NCBI GenBank assembly: GCA_964016885.1
Contig: OZ024761.1
Span: forward strand, 23,932,001-23,996,000
Length of the DNA: 64,000 bases
Origin: Eledone cirrhosa
Lineage: Eukaryota
Reading direction: 5' to 3'
The translations under genes and the position numbers were made by a program. The notes beneath the pieces were generated by a model. It had not been told where the DNA came from, did not search any database, and worked only from the letters and a program-made list of their open reading frames with translations. Position 1 is the stretch's first letter, and the number at the start of each line of letters is the position of its first letter. Shown here in pieces: positions 1-15,677 of this stretch.

Positions 1-917
1 TATGTGTATATACATATATGTGTAAATATATATGTGTATTTACATATATGTGTAAATATATATATGTGTAAATATATATATGTGTATATACATATATGTG
101 TAAATATATATGTGTGTATATACATATATGTGTAAATATATATATGTGTATTTACATATATGTGTAAATATATATATGTGTAAATATATATATGTGTATA
201 TACATATATGTGTAAATATATATGTGTATTTACATATATGTGTAAATATATATATGTGTAAATATATATATGTGTATATACATATATGTGTAAATATATA
301 TGTGTATTTACATATATGTGTAAATATATATATGTGTAAATATATATATGTGTATATACATATATGTGTAAATATATATGTGTATTTACATATATGTGTA
401 AATATATATATGTGTAAATATATATATGTGTATATACATATATGTGTAAATATATATGTGTATTTACATATATGTGTAAATATATATATGTGTAAATATA
501 TGTGTATATACATATATGTGTAAATATATATGTGTATTTACATATATGTGTAAATATATATATGTGTAAATATATATATGTGTATATACATATATGTGTA
601 AATATATATGTGTATTTACATATATGTGTAAATATATATATGTGTAAATATATGTGTATATACATATATGTGTAAATATATATGTGTATTACATATATGT
701 GTAAATATATATATGTGTAAATATATATATGTGTATATACATATATGTGTAAATATATATGTGTATATACATATATGTGTAAATATATATATATGTGTAT
801 ATACATATATGTGTAAATATATATATGTGTATATACATATATCTGTAAATATATATGTGTGTATATATATATATGTGTGTAAATATATATATATATATGT
901 GTGTATACATATATGTG

Positions 918-920
<3 letters not shown>
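1..920. repeat. AT-rich higher-order minisatellite (~78-bp unit built from TATATGTGTAAA/TACA motifs)
   Basis: A 78-nt period is visible in the sequence, and the spurious ORF 40..513 repeats every 26 aa. Confidence 0.9.
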
Positions 921-996
<76 letters not shown>

Positions 997-1582
997 ATAT
1001 ATATGAGAGGAATGGTGAGAGGTGTATGATGGTCTGTGATCAATGATCAATGATCGATGATCGATGTAGTTGGCAGTCGGGGTAATGGCTGCGGGGTCTC
1101 TGTTAATGTGATTTCTCGGTTTACATCTGGTTGACTTCGTTATAGACACGGATAAACCAATCACACTCGGCCGCCATTGTTGGCAGTCGATAATTTCATT
1201 GATCTTAATTACATTGCAATAATAATTCATCTGACGAGAGAGAGAGAGAGAGAGAGAGAGGGGTGGAGGAATTGAGAGGGAGAGAAGGTGTGTGTGGGAG
1301 GGAGAAGGGAGAGAGAGAAAGTGTGTGTGAGAGAGAGGGAGAGAGAGAAAGTGTGTGAATGAGAGGGGGGAGAGAGAGAAAGTGTGTGAATGAGAGTGAG
1401 GGGAGAGAGAGGGGGGAAAGAGAGGGGGAGATGGAAGGTGTGTGTGGAAGGGAGGAGAGAGGGGTGCGTGAGAGAGAGCAGGTGTGTGTGAGAGAGAGGG
1501 GGGAGAGAGAAGGTGTGTGTGAGAGAGAGGAGTTTCTCTTTGAAACTTAGCCTACCACAATAACGTATATTATATATATATG

Positions 1583-1699
1583 ATCTGAGTTCGAATCCCG
1601 CCGAGGTTAACTTTGCCTTTCATCCTTACGAGGTCGATAAAATAAAGTACCAGTAATACACTGGGTATTTGCTGGCCTTGTGCCTAAAGTAGAAACAAT

Positions 1700-1700
<1 letters not shown>
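1583..1700 (+). mobile_element. 3' part of a tRNA-derived SINE
   Basis: B-box-like GAGTTCGAATCCC followed by GTCGATAAAATAAAGTACCAG...GTAGAAACAATT. Nearly the same as 34003-34120. Confidence 0.85.
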
Positions 1701-1731
<31 letters not shown>

Positions 1732-1789
1732 GATATATCATATCATATCATATATACACATACGCATTCACACACATGCATACATACAT

Positions 1790-1830
<41 letters not shown>

Positions 1831-1849
1831 CACATACATGTACATACAT

Positions 1850-1884
<35 letters not shown>

Positions 1885-2086
1885 GACACACAGACACACA
1901 CACATATATATATACACATACATACATATACATACACACATATATACAGTACATATATATATATATATATGAAGACACACAGACACACACACATATATAT
2001 ATACACATACATACATATACATACACACATATATACAGTACATATATATATATATATGAAGACACACAGACACACACACACACACG

Positions 2087-2122
<36 letters not shown>

Positions 2123-2744
2123 CCCATATATATGATTACAAGTATCCGTAACTGAGAAAATGTGTTAACATAGGTGTTGCTGTGTTGGTATAAACGATCA
2201 TATGTGAGCTGTGTGTTTGTCTGTGTGAAGATATGTGTCTTTATATGTGTATGTATGTGTGTATGTATGTATGTATGTATGTATGTATGTATGTATGTAT
2301 GTATGTATGTATGTATGTATGTATGTATGTGTGTATGTATGTATGTTCTTTTGGTTTTATAATTTCACAAATTTTTACCAATAGAGAGAGAGAGTCGGTT
2401 TCTAACATAGACACAAGACTCTCTCATTGGAATTTACACAACATCAACTAGGTAGATATGTATGTATGCATGCATGTGTAGATATGGATGTTATTGAATG
2501 TGTGCATGTCTATATGCTTTGTACCTGTACATGTGTATATGCAGTTATTAGATGCAACATTTTTGGAATGTTTTACATATTTTTACTGTTCCATTAATGG
2601 ATTGTACTTGTAATTTCCTAACTAGTTGTGTTCTTTCTGTTCCTGTGAAGCCTAGCTTCTCAAGATTTGTATTGAGGTAGTTACTAACATACCCCCAGTG
2701 TCCCAATAATCACAGGCATAAATATGAAGGTGTAATCAGGGTGG

Positions 2745-2943
2745 AGTATCTGCAGATTTCTCGTCAGTTCTGCAAATTCATTCCCGCGGACAATGGCCAA
2801 TGATACCTGCTGCAACAGCCACTCCACATCGCGGGTCTCCTTCTTCAGACGTGCTGCTGACAATCCGATCTTGTGGAGGAGCTCAGCAGTACGGGGTCCA
2901 AGTACGCCCGAGGACTCGACAGCGGCCGGACTATCCCCGGTAT
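2745..2943 (-). mobile_element. Degenerate C-terminal fragment of a CRE-like (RLE-type) non-LTR retrotransposon
   Basis: AVESSGVLGPRTAELLHKIG...WLLQQVSLAIVRGN. Homologous to 3615-3836 and 16715-16972. Confidence 0.75.
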
Positions 2944-3614
2944 TTGTTTGTCTTCTTATATATGAATACAAATATATTTTTTACTTACTGAATGAGAGTA
3001 TTTTATGATCAAAACTATATTTAAAAAAAAACAACAACTGTGCGTTATTGAGAGACCTGAGCGTTTAAAGTGGAGTCATATTAAAAACAGTAGTATATAC
3101 TTCGTTGGTTACGTGATGGTACCATCTGATGTTGCCGATGGTTCTCAGTGTTCTCCTATCGAAGTTCTCGATTCTCTTGACGCGTTATATATTAATTGTA
3201 TATTTACAAATAGGCAGTAAAAATGGAGAAAGAAAGACAGAAATCAAATGGAGGAAGCAATGGCGATAGGGTAAAGTTTACTCAATCACCTTCACATTAT
3301 ATTTCAGTAGAGACACGAGGATAAAATGACAATCGCTTTGCTACGTAGAACAGCGGTACTCACTGCATTAGATTATGTGGAGAGGGGGCCACAGAATTAA
3401 GCACCTTGTCTCTGTACTCGTATGTTCAGAATTAGCCACGAATACATTTACAAGTATATTTCTTTTGATTCATGAGTCATCAGTAATCAACATAAACTAT
3501 AAGGTTTCTCTTACGAACACAGAAGGGCCGAACTCCCACTGTCATCGCCTACATCTCTCTCGCCCTCCACATCTCTCTGTGTTATGAGCAAATGGGGTCC
3601 CACGTGCTGGCCGC

Positions 3615-3836
3615 CCCACAGCCCCGGCGGACAGAACGGAGAAGACATTTCCCCTGAGGATGGTAAGAGAGATGCGCTGGAAGAGCCAGTCCTTCTCGCG
3701 AGGCTTACACCTGAGGCTGGCCAACTCAGCGCCTATGGTGGTGAGTAGGGAGGTAGCCCTAGGGCCAATGACACCAGAAGTCTCCACTGCTAGGGTCACG
3801 ACCGCAAACCTGTCGGAGAGCGACCGATACTTGGAT
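3615..3836 (-). mobile_element. CRE-like non-LTR retrotransposon C-terminal (RLE) fragment
   Basis: KYRSLSDRFAVVTLAVETSGVIGP...WLFQRISLTILRGN, the typical ET.G..G / QR.S....RGN end of CRE-type ORFs. Confidence 0.8.
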
Positions 3837-4194
3837 ACAAGTATTAGGCCACGAAAGAATACATTTACAACTTGGAATTACCAACAATAAAACGTGGTAC
3901 AGACAATATAAACAAACATAACGCAAACGAACAGGATTTGAACAGCGGACTGGGAGGATCGCAACTGGAAAAAGAAGAACCAGGAACTAACGATAGAAAC
4001 CATATTAAGAACAACGATGACGTGGACGACGATGACAACAAGGACAAAAGTCGATGATGGTGATGGCAATGATTATGATGAAGAAGATAATTAGGATGAT
4101 GATGATGATGTTATGTATATAATTCAAATATGAAACATATGAGGGAGAGAGAAATTAATAGTCATCAAATTGAGTATTTTAATATAACAATAGC

Positions 4195-4260
<66 letters not shown>

Positions 4261-4262
4261 CG

Positions 4263-4296
<34 letters not shown>

Positions 4297-4369
4297 CGTA
4301 TATATATACATGAGAAGTGCAATAATGGATATGATATATATAAATATATATAAAGTGAAATGCAATAAT

Positions 4370-4429
<60 letters not shown>

Positions 4430-4591
4430 GGGAATCTATTTAGCTGATTCCATAGAATTGGCTGCAAACTGTTTTATTGTCTATTAATCATAGCTCAATT
4501 TTAAAGACATTATGGATATGTACTTATTACAGCACATACGTGGGGACACACACTCACTCACTCACGCACACACACGCACACACACGCACAC

Positions 4592-4712
<121 letters not shown>

Positions 4713-5135
4713 CATACATACACATATATAATTTCAATTTCAATTAAACCATAATACATCTATGTACTTATCAATATAAAGTCAGAAAAAAACTATATAT
4801 ATATATATATAAATATATATACATACGCATAATGTAATATGATATATATAATACAAACATATGATTAAAATGCATTGAAATTGTATCAGCACCAACGAAA
4901 CCGCACATAAGATTTCGTATATATACTCTCACGGTTTTCTTTCAATAGTAATCAATAGCTATTATATTTTACATTAATTACATGACGATATCCAGTGTAT
5001 ATAATATATATATACTAACCAATTGAATCGTTTTCTTTTCATCAAATTTATTCTCTTAAATGCGAAGCCATTTTGGAAGGTATCCGCCTGCCTTAAATAT
5101 ATTAAATATATTAAATACCTATATGTTTATATGTT

Positions 5136-5256
<121 letters not shown>

Positions 5257-5374
5257 ATACTTATATATACATATATAAATGCAATTTATCTTTCTGTTTT
5301 TCTAAGTATATATACATACATATATATACATATTTATATACGTGTGCATATATATAGAACGATGTGTTGATACT

Positions 5375-5475
<101 letters not shown>

Positions 5476-5501
5476 CTCTATATATATATGTTTATATATA
5501 A

Positions 5502-5547
<46 letters not shown>

Positions 5548-5721
5548 TAGATAGATATTTATATATATCTCTATATATATATGTATATATATAATGTATA
5601 TATATATATATATATATACACATATATGTGTAAGAAACTATAAAGTACATATACGCACAGATGTCTCAAATTCTGATTGTTTTGGTACATACATTCAGGT
5701 CTTTACGTATGTATGTATATC

Positions 5722-5839
<118 letters not shown>

Positions 5840-5984
5840 AATATAGGTGCAGCTACACATTGTTAAGTATATATACATACAAAACATACGTACACTTATG
5901 CATGTATATATACATATATTTGTTTACATATATTTATATGAATTTATAATTGCATATATATATATGTACTTGACTTATGTTTCG

Positions 5985-6070
<86 letters not shown>

Positions 6071-6114
6071 TATTTATATATATATATATATATATGCAAT
6101 TGACTTAAGTTTCG

Positions 6115-6192
<78 letters not shown>

Positions 6193-6193
6193 C

Positions 6194-6291
<98 letters not shown>

Positions 6292-6469
6292 GTACCACGA
6301 TACATTAACGGAGCCATAGACTCTCGAGTTCCCTGTAAATAATGTGCTCAACGGAGGGGAAATCATGGGCACTTTAAAATACAATATGTTGAAAAAGTAA
6401 CACACTAGAGAGAGATACAGTGCGCCATCAATAAAACAGGGAAAAACCACCAGTCTATGGAATCTATAA

Positions 6470-6732
6470 CCTATCTATCTTTCTATCTAAGGCGGGTAAA
6501 ATTCCCGAGATCCATGGACGAGTTCTCTCCAGCGGTCTCTGTCCCTCATTATCGTTGCCATGTCCTGCGTCTCCAACAGACCAGTGGCTGTCCTTAGGGC
6601 ATCAACATACGTTAACCTTGGTCTTCCTCTTCTAGTGTGTCCATGTAGGGGCTCCCACAGGAGCACTGAGTGCAGTGTCAACTCTGGATATCGGTGAGCA
6701 TGTTCAGCTAACCCCAGTCTCCTCTGTAACAT
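6470..6732 (-). mobile_element. 5'-truncated RTE-clade LINE 3' end with TAGA-repeat tail
   Basis: LLWEPLHGHTRRGRPRLTYVD...MRDRDRWRELV is an RTE C-terminal signature. The stop is followed by TAGA-like repeats. Confidence 0.8.
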
Positions 6733-6806
6733 ATGGAATGCAGAATATAGACACGATAATTAAAAGTATAAATTAAGGCCTAAATAAATACCTCTATAAC
6801 TATATA

Positions 6807-6878
6807 ACACACGTACAAATCTGTTTCGCCAGTAAGTTGTTGACGGAAATGAAATAACCCAGGTTCATCAGCGTGTGT
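6807..6878 (-). ncRNA. Type I hammerhead ribozyme (Penelope-like)
   Basis: Minus strand reads ACACACG-CTGATGA-(stem II region)-GAAA-CAGATTTG-TA^CGTGTGT. Helix I is 7 bp and perfect, helix III is near-palindromic, and the cleavage triplet is GUA. Confidence 0.8.
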
Positions 6879-7332
6879 AAGGCTATATATTTCAGACAAC
6901 ACTAAGAGAATTTTTAAAGCAGCCGTCCAACTACACGTGTGAGAGAGAAGTCACAGCGTGTTTAAGGGCAGTGAACCAGTGGCTTCTGAGGGACGATCTG
7001 CTAGAAAGGGCAGCCCAAAACCACTCAGAGAAGTGTGCTTCCATAGGTTAGAGATTCCATACACTGATGGTTTTTCCCTGTTTTATTGATGGCGCACTGT
7101 ATCTCTCTCTCCTGTGTCACCTTTTCAACATATTGTATTTTAAAGTGCCCAGGATTTCCTCTCCTTTGAGCACATTATTTACCGGGAACTCGAGAGTCTA
7201 AGGCTCCGTTAATGTATCGTGATATCTCGCTCCGTATAACAGCCTTTCTCCCCTCTCTCTCTGTTTGGTTGAGCACACTTCTCTGAGTGGTTTTGGGCTG
7301 CCCTTTCTACAAAGTATATATATATATATATA

Positions 7333-7529
7333 TATAACGAAGGAAATGTGGTAAGGAACCAGGTGGACCATAACGCACCAAAGTACTCAATACTTAGGGT
7401 TGTAGAGTGGGTAATAGGAACGAGTAGGACCCCGACGGCTGAGCTCAAGCCGTTTCGACGGCTAATTCAGTCCAGAATTAGCCGTCGAAACGGCTTGAGC
7501 TCAGCCGTCGGGGTCCTACTCGTTCCTAT
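7333..7529. mobile_element. Family A hammerhead-derived element as a head-to-head inverted pair (55-bp arms 7414-7468 / 7475-7529) in (TA)n
   Basis: GAAA-CGGCT-loop-AGCCG-TC is a hammerhead helix III with a GUC site. Other copies at 18122, 18829, 23905, 50522-50820 and (partial) 36957. Confidence 0.8.
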
Positions 7530-7850
7530 ATATATATATACTTAGACACTCACACACAAATATATATATCTAGGTAGATAGGTGGTCCTATAAAAAACTA
7601 CTCGTACATAGTCCACAATTGTATTTCATGAAAGTAATGGCGGCGAAAATCCCCGGATGTGGCAGTATCGTCTGCTTTTTGTGAATATCTTTGAAACGCA
7701 GATGAATTGAATGTGAAAAAAGAATGAAAACGATAACTTAATAAAAACAAAAGGAAAAAATGGTTTCGAATTCTAGGCAAAGATAGGGTATTGTTTCTTC
7801 TTCTTCTTCTTCTTCTTCTTCTTCTTCTTCTTCTTCTTCTTCTTCTTCTT

Positions 7851-7882
<32 letters not shown>

Positions 7883-7937
7883 CATACCCACCACCAACAC
7901 GGCAGTCATCATCATCACTATAATCAAGAACATTATT

Positions 7938-7968
<31 letters not shown>

Positions 7969-8093
7969 ATAATAATGATAATATTATTGATATTAGTAAA
8001 ACGAATCCTTTTATCTTGAAAGAGTGATAGATAGATAAATAGAAATATAGTATATATATATATAGGTAGTATCTCTCTCTCGCTCTCTCTCTC

Positions 8094-8172
<79 letters not shown>

Positions 8173-8675
8173 TATAGTATATAGTATATATATAGTATCT
8201 ATCTCTCTATCAATCTACCTATATATATATATATATATATAGGTATTATCTCTCTCTCGCTCTCTCTCTCTCTCTGTTTCTCTCTCTCTCTTCTATCTGT
8301 CTCTCTCTCTCTCTTTCTATATATATATATATAGTATATAGTATATATATAGTATCTATCTATCTATCTACCTACCTATATATATATATAGGTAGGTATA
8401 TACTATCTATCCATCTATATATATATATATATATAGATGGTATCTCTCTCCCCCTTTCTCTCTCTCTCTCTCACTCTCTCTCTCTCTATATATATATATA
8501 TACACAGATAGAGATAGATAGGGATAGGTAAGTGTGTAGATGGCAGTAATAATCTTCTTCGTTAATAATTACATTAGTTAAAAGGACTATCTTTACTTCA
8601 ACCCACATTTAACCGCCGGTGAAAATACTCAAATTCTACAGCTCTCTCAATAGAGGGGGGTTTATATACACACAC

Positions 8676-8747
<72 letters not shown>

Positions 8748-8758
8748 GTATATATATG

Positions 8759-8828
<70 letters not shown>

Positions 8829-8854
8829 CATATATATATATATGTATATATATG

Positions 8855-8885
<31 letters not shown>

Positions 8886-8937
8886 GTATATAATGCATAT
8901 GTTTTAATATGTACATATATATATATGTATATGTATG

Positions 8938-9079
<142 letters not shown>

Positions 9080-9194
9080 ATGCATATGTTTTAATATGTA
9101 CATATATATATATGTATATGTATGTATATATATATATATATGTATATGTATATATATATATGTATATGTATATATATATATGTATATATATGTA

Positions 9195-9255
<61 letters not shown>

Positions 9256-9305
9256 ATGTACATATTCATACATATGCATTATATATATGCATATATATAT
9301 ATATA

Positions 9306-9340
<35 letters not shown>

Positions 9341-9408
9341 TCAAATGCATACATATATGCATACACACACACGCGCACACTAGCACACACATACATAAAC
9401 ACACACAA

Positions 9409-9472
<64 letters not shown>

Positions 9473-9551
9473 AAAAACGGAGGAAGAGGAAGAAAAAATA
9501 AAGATGTGGAAGTGAGAGAGAGGGAGAGAGAGATAGGGAGTGTGAGAGCGG

Positions 9552-9621
<70 letters not shown>

Positions 9622-10031
9622 CGGAAATGTGAGACAGAAATAAAGAGGGGGTGGAGAGAGAAAGAGAGAAGATAAAAGGAGGGGGAGAGAGGAAGGGGAG
9701 GAATGTAAAAAAAAATATAAACGAAAAAGAAAAACGAAGAATATTTTATTGTTGTTGTTGTATTTCACCAATTTAGTGATAATTCCATTTCTCTTTCATG
9801 ATAGAATGAGAGAATGATGGATAGAGAGGGCGGGGAGAGAGAAAGAGAGGGGGAGGGCGAGAGAGAGAGAGGAAGAAATTGAGTGAGTGAAAGGGAGAAA
9901 GAGAGAGAGTGTGTGTGAGAGAGAGAGTGAGAGAAGAAGAATGTGAGGAGGTGGGAGAGAGAGAGAGAGAAAGAGAAAGGAAGAAATTGAAAGAGAGAGA
10001 GAGAGAGAAAGGAAGAACGTGAGAGAGAGAT

Positions 10032-10068
<37 letters not shown>

Positions 10069-10112
10069 AAGGAAGAACGTGAGAGAGATATGGAGAGAGA
10101 GAGAGAGAGAGG

Positions 10113-10168
<56 letters not shown>

Positions 10169-11294
10169 ATAAGAAATGAAAAAGATAAAGCAAGAAGAAA
10201 AGAAAAGAAAAGCGTTCTTGTCCGAACTAAATTAAAAATGGTTGATAGTAATCAGGAATGGAAGAGTTGAAATTAGAAGATGTAAGTTAGATGATTAAAT
10301 TGAGAGAGAGAGGGGGTGAGAGGGGGGGGGAGAGACTGAGTGAGAGGGGGGTAGAGACTGAGAGAGAGGGTGGGGAGAGAGAAATGGTGAGAGAGGGGGA
10401 GAGAGAGACTGAGAGAGGAGGGGGGGGGAGAGACAGAGAGAGGGAGAGGGTGAGAGAAGGAAGTAGACGACGTCGAGAGAGCGGCTGAAGGAGAAGAAGA
10501 AGATAAAGAAGAAAGAGGAGAAGAAGAAGGCGAAGGAGAAGAAGAGGAAGAAGAGAAAAGGAGAGGGAGAAGGGGAAGATGAAGATGAAGAGAAAGAAGA
10601 ATGAGGAGAAGAAGATCTATAATAATAATTTAGATTGTGTGCGGCGATTGGCTACAAGATAAAAATGAGCACAATAGAAAATTAAGAATGAAGGAAGGAA
10701 GAAAAGAAAGAAAGAAAGAAAGAATAAAAACTTAATAATAAGAGAGAGAGAGATAGAGAGAGATAGATAGATAGAGAGAGAGAGAGAGCGAGGAAGAAAG
10801 AGAGCGGCAAGAGAGATAGGAGTAGAGGAGAAGAGAGACGGTGTGCTGAATGAAACAAAAGAAAGAAATGATAAAAATAATATATATATGTATAAAGATC
10901 GGTGGTGAGTGTTGGGTAGGCCGTGCGAGAGAGCGGGGCTCTGTTATGTTAGTAAAGGGAGAAAATTGTAATAAAGTATTAGAAGCGGTGGTGGTGGTGG
11001 GGGTCGGGTGGGGATGGTGGGGAGAGGTTGGAGGGGGATTGATCAGGAGAGAGAGAGAGAGTAGTGACAATAGAGAAAGATAGACAGAAAGGCAGGGAGG
11101 AGGAAAAGGGTGGGGGAAGGGGAGAATGGGTGGCAGTGAGGAGAAAAGTTGGGGAGGGTGTTGGCAAGGGGGTGGGGGTGGGGGGTAGAGAGGCAGGTGG
11201 GCATATTATCATTCTTTTACCATGGTAATTCTTTTTAATGAATGCATCATGGACGACGAAATGACTCTGATAATTGTTTCGTACAAGTTGAAAA

Positions 11295-11394
<100 letters not shown>

Positions 11395-11432
11395 GTATAT
11401 ATATATATGTATATATATACATACATACATAG

Positions 11433-11479
<47 letters not shown>

Positions 11480-11503
11480 CATATATATATATATATATGT
11501 ATG

Positions 11504-11534
<31 letters not shown>

Positions 11535-11557
11535 ATATATATATATATATATGTATG

Positions 11558-11590
<33 letters not shown>

Positions 11591-11635
11591 ATATATATAT
11601 ATATATATGTATGTATATATATATATATATATATG

Positions 11636-11675
<40 letters not shown>

Positions 11676-11735
11676 GTATACATATATATATATATATATA
11701 TAATGTATACATATATATATATATATATATATATG

Positions 11736-11865
<130 letters not shown>

Positions 11866-11912
11866 TGCATATATATACATATATATATATATGTATACAC
11901 ACACGCATATAC

Positions 11913-11961
<49 letters not shown>

Positions 11962-12042
11962 TATATACAAGCATATATATATATATATATACATATATAT
12001 ATGTACACACACATACATATACATATATATTTGTATATATAC

Positions 12043-12089
<47 letters not shown>

Positions 12090-12766
12090 TATATACAAGC
12101 ATATATATATATATATATACATATATATATGTACACACACATACATATACATATATATTTGTATACATACATATACATATATATTTGTATACATATATAT
12201 ATATATCTGTGTGTGTGTGTGTGTGTGTGTGTGTATTTTTTTCTGCTAATGCTAATCAGAAATTTGATTCTGTGATGAGCGAAACATTAGAGACGACAAA
12301 CAGACGAGATATTAGAAGAGTGGAACCAAGATAAGTAAATGAATTTCAATAGTTTTCCATATAAAGACAAATGACAAAGACAAATGACAAAGACAAAACC
12401 CCACAACAACAACGACAACAACAAAAATTAAATGGCGTCTGATCTGTGTGAATAATGTCTTCTGTAAAAATAAACAAACAAAAAATACAGAAAAACGTAA
12501 AACGTAATAAAAAAAAAACAAAATGCAAACATAAAAGTAACGAAAACAAAATAACGTAAATATACGGAAGATAATTATGTATAAAAATAGGTTTAAATAA
12601 GACATTAGATATTTAAAATAGTCTCTCTTTCCTCCCCCTCTCTCTGTCTCATTCGCTCTTTATCTTTCTCTCTCTCTCTCTCTCACACACTCTCTCTCTC
12701 TCTCTCTCACTCTCTCTCTCACTATCTCTCTCTCTCACGCTCTCTCTCTCTCTCCCTATCTATCTA

Positions 12767-12807
<41 letters not shown>

Positions 12808-13031
12808 TTCATACTGTTTCTGTCTATACGTCTACACCCTCACCTCTCTTTCCCTGTATCTCCTCTCTCTCACTCACACCGTCTGTCTACCTATCTCTCT
12901 CTCCCCGCTCTCTCTCTCTCTCGACAACTATCTACTCTTTTCACTCTTCCTCTCAATCTCTCTGTCTGTCTCTCTCTCTCAATTGCTTTCTCCCTCTCTA
13001 TCTCTGTCTCTCTCTCTCTCCTCATTTACCA

Positions 13032-13068
<37 letters not shown>

Positions 13069-13984
13069 AGTCTCTCTCTCCACATCTATCTACTCCCCTC
13101 TCTCTTCCTCTCAATCTCTCTGTCTATTTGTCTCTCTCCCTCTCTATCTCACCATATATCAATTCCCCTCTCTCTCCTTCTCTGTCTTTGTGTCTCTTCC
13201 TGCCCCTCTCTCTCTCTGGCACTCACTCTCTCTCTCCCTCTGTCTACCCCCTCTCTGTTGCTCTCTCTCTCTCTGCCTCTCTCCCCTCTCTCTGTCTTTC
13301 TCCCCCTCTGTCTCTGTCTCTCGCCCCGTCTCTCTTCGTCTCTCTCCCGCTCTCCCTCTCTCTGTCCCTTCTCCCCCTCTCTTACTTTGTGTCTCTGTCT
13401 CCCTCTCTATCTGTCTACGTTACTCTCTCATTCTCCCCCCCACCGCCCTTTCTGTCTCCATTAATTAAGTTCTCATTTTGGAGATTTAATAAGGATTTTC
13501 GGATTGTCATCTTCATTGCTATGATCACCCCCTCCCCTCCTACCACTTCCACTCCTACCACCAACCTCCTACCACCACCCCTCCTACCACCTCCCCTCCT
13601 AAAACCACTCCTCCTACTCTATCTCCTCCTACCACCACCCCTATTACTTCTGATCATTTCTCCCCTTCTCTCTCTTCCCTTCCCTCCCTCGGCTTTTTCT
13701 CTCTCTCTTCTCCCACCCCCTCTCTCCCCCTCTCTTCCTCTCTCTCTCTTATACTCTTTCATCCTCTCTCTCACTCTCTCTCATTCACTCTGATTATTTC
13801 GCTATCACTACCCCCTCTCTCTATGCTCTCCCTCTCCCCCTCTCCCCCTCTCCATTATTATCATAATCACCATCATTGTTATTATTATTATTATTATCTT
13901 TTCTCTATTTTTTCTCACACTTTACTTTATTAATAAACAACATTTCTCAACTGTGATATCCGAATAACGAAGATTTGTAGACAC

Positions 13985-15375
13985 ACAATACAACAACAAT
14001 ACAACAACAATACAACAATACAACAACAATACAACAACAACACAACAACAATACAACAATACAACAACAATACAACAACAATACAACAACACAACAACAA
14101 CACAACAACAGTACAACAACAATACAACAACAATACAACAACAATACAACAACAATACAACAACAATACAACAACAATACAACAACAATACAACAACAAT
14201 ACAACAACAACACAATAACAATACAACAACAATACAACAACAATACAACAACAACACAACAACAGTACAACAACAATACAACAACAATACAACAACAATA
14301 CAACAACACAACAACAACACAACAACAATACAACAACAATACAACAACAATACAACAACAACACAACAACAATACAACAACAACACAACAACAATACAAC
14401 AATACAACAACAATACAACAATAATACAACAACAATACAACAACAATACAACAACAATACAACAACAACACAACAACACAACAACAATACAACAATACAA
14501 CAACAATACAACAATATAACAACAATACAACAACAATATAACAACAATATAACAACAATACAACAACAATACAACAACAATACAACAACAACAATACAAC
14601 AACAACAATACAACAACAATACAACAACAACACAACAATATAACAACAATACAACAACAATACAACAACAATACAACAATATAACAATACAACAATATAA
14701 CAATACAACAACAATACAACAACAATACAACAACATTACAACAACAATACAACAACAATACAACAACAATACAACAACAATACAATACAACAACAATACA
14801 ATACAACAACAATACAACAACAACACAACAACAATACAACAAATACACAACATAACACACACCACAATACAACACACCCACTACACACACTCTACAACAC
14901 ACACACTACACCACACACAATATAACACACACAATACAACACACACACACTACAACACACACACTACAGCACACACAATACAACACACACCGCACTACAA
15001 CACACACACTACACCACAACACACACACTACACCACACAGACTACAACACACACCACACTACAACACACATAATACAACACACACCACACTACAACACAC
15101 CACACTACAACACACACCACACTACAACACACCACACTACAACACACACCACACTCTACAACACACAGACTAAAACACACACCACACTACAACACACAAA
15201 CTACAACACACCCCACACTACAACACACACACAATACAACACACACACAATACAACTCATACAATAGAACACAGACACAATACAACACGCACAATACAAC
15301 ACATACAATACAACACACACACTACAACACACACTACAACACACACACAATACAACACACAATACAACACACAAA
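13985..15375. repeat. Degenerate (ACAACAACAAT)n ~11-bp array grading into CACTACAA/CA repeats
   Basis: Directly visible tandem periodicity. Confidence 0.9.
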
Positions 15376-15626
15376 AAATACTAAAAAATTACACAAAATA
15401 TAAAACGCAAAATGCTAAAAAAAATACTCTCTCTCTCTCTCTCTCTGCCCCCTCTCTCTATATACATCTCTCTCTCCCTCTCTTTCTCCATATCTCTTTC
15501 CCTCTCTCTCTCCCTCTCTCTCTCCCCTCTCTCTCTCCATCTCTCTCTCCCCTCTCTCTCTCCCCTCTCTCTCTCCATATCTCTCTCTCCCCTCTCTCTC
15601 TCTCCATATCTCTCCCCCTCTCCCTC

Positions 15627-15677
<51 letters not shown>

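Larger units (their letters stand above)
6296..7221. repeat. ~180-bp inverted repeat pair (6296-6474 / 7043-7221)
   Basis: The two arms are reverse complements with scattered mismatches. Confidence 0.9.

Noticed and set aside
1880-2075. Local ~88-bp triplication (similar duplications at 8890/9078 and 11890-12180)
   Set aside because: Ordinary slippage duplications within microsatellites.
7348-7545. Recurrent peptide [16 protein letters not shown]... (also at 18071, 18843 and a related one at 50330)
   Set aside because: It reflects copies of non-coding family A. Frames run into TA repeats and cross inversion junctions.
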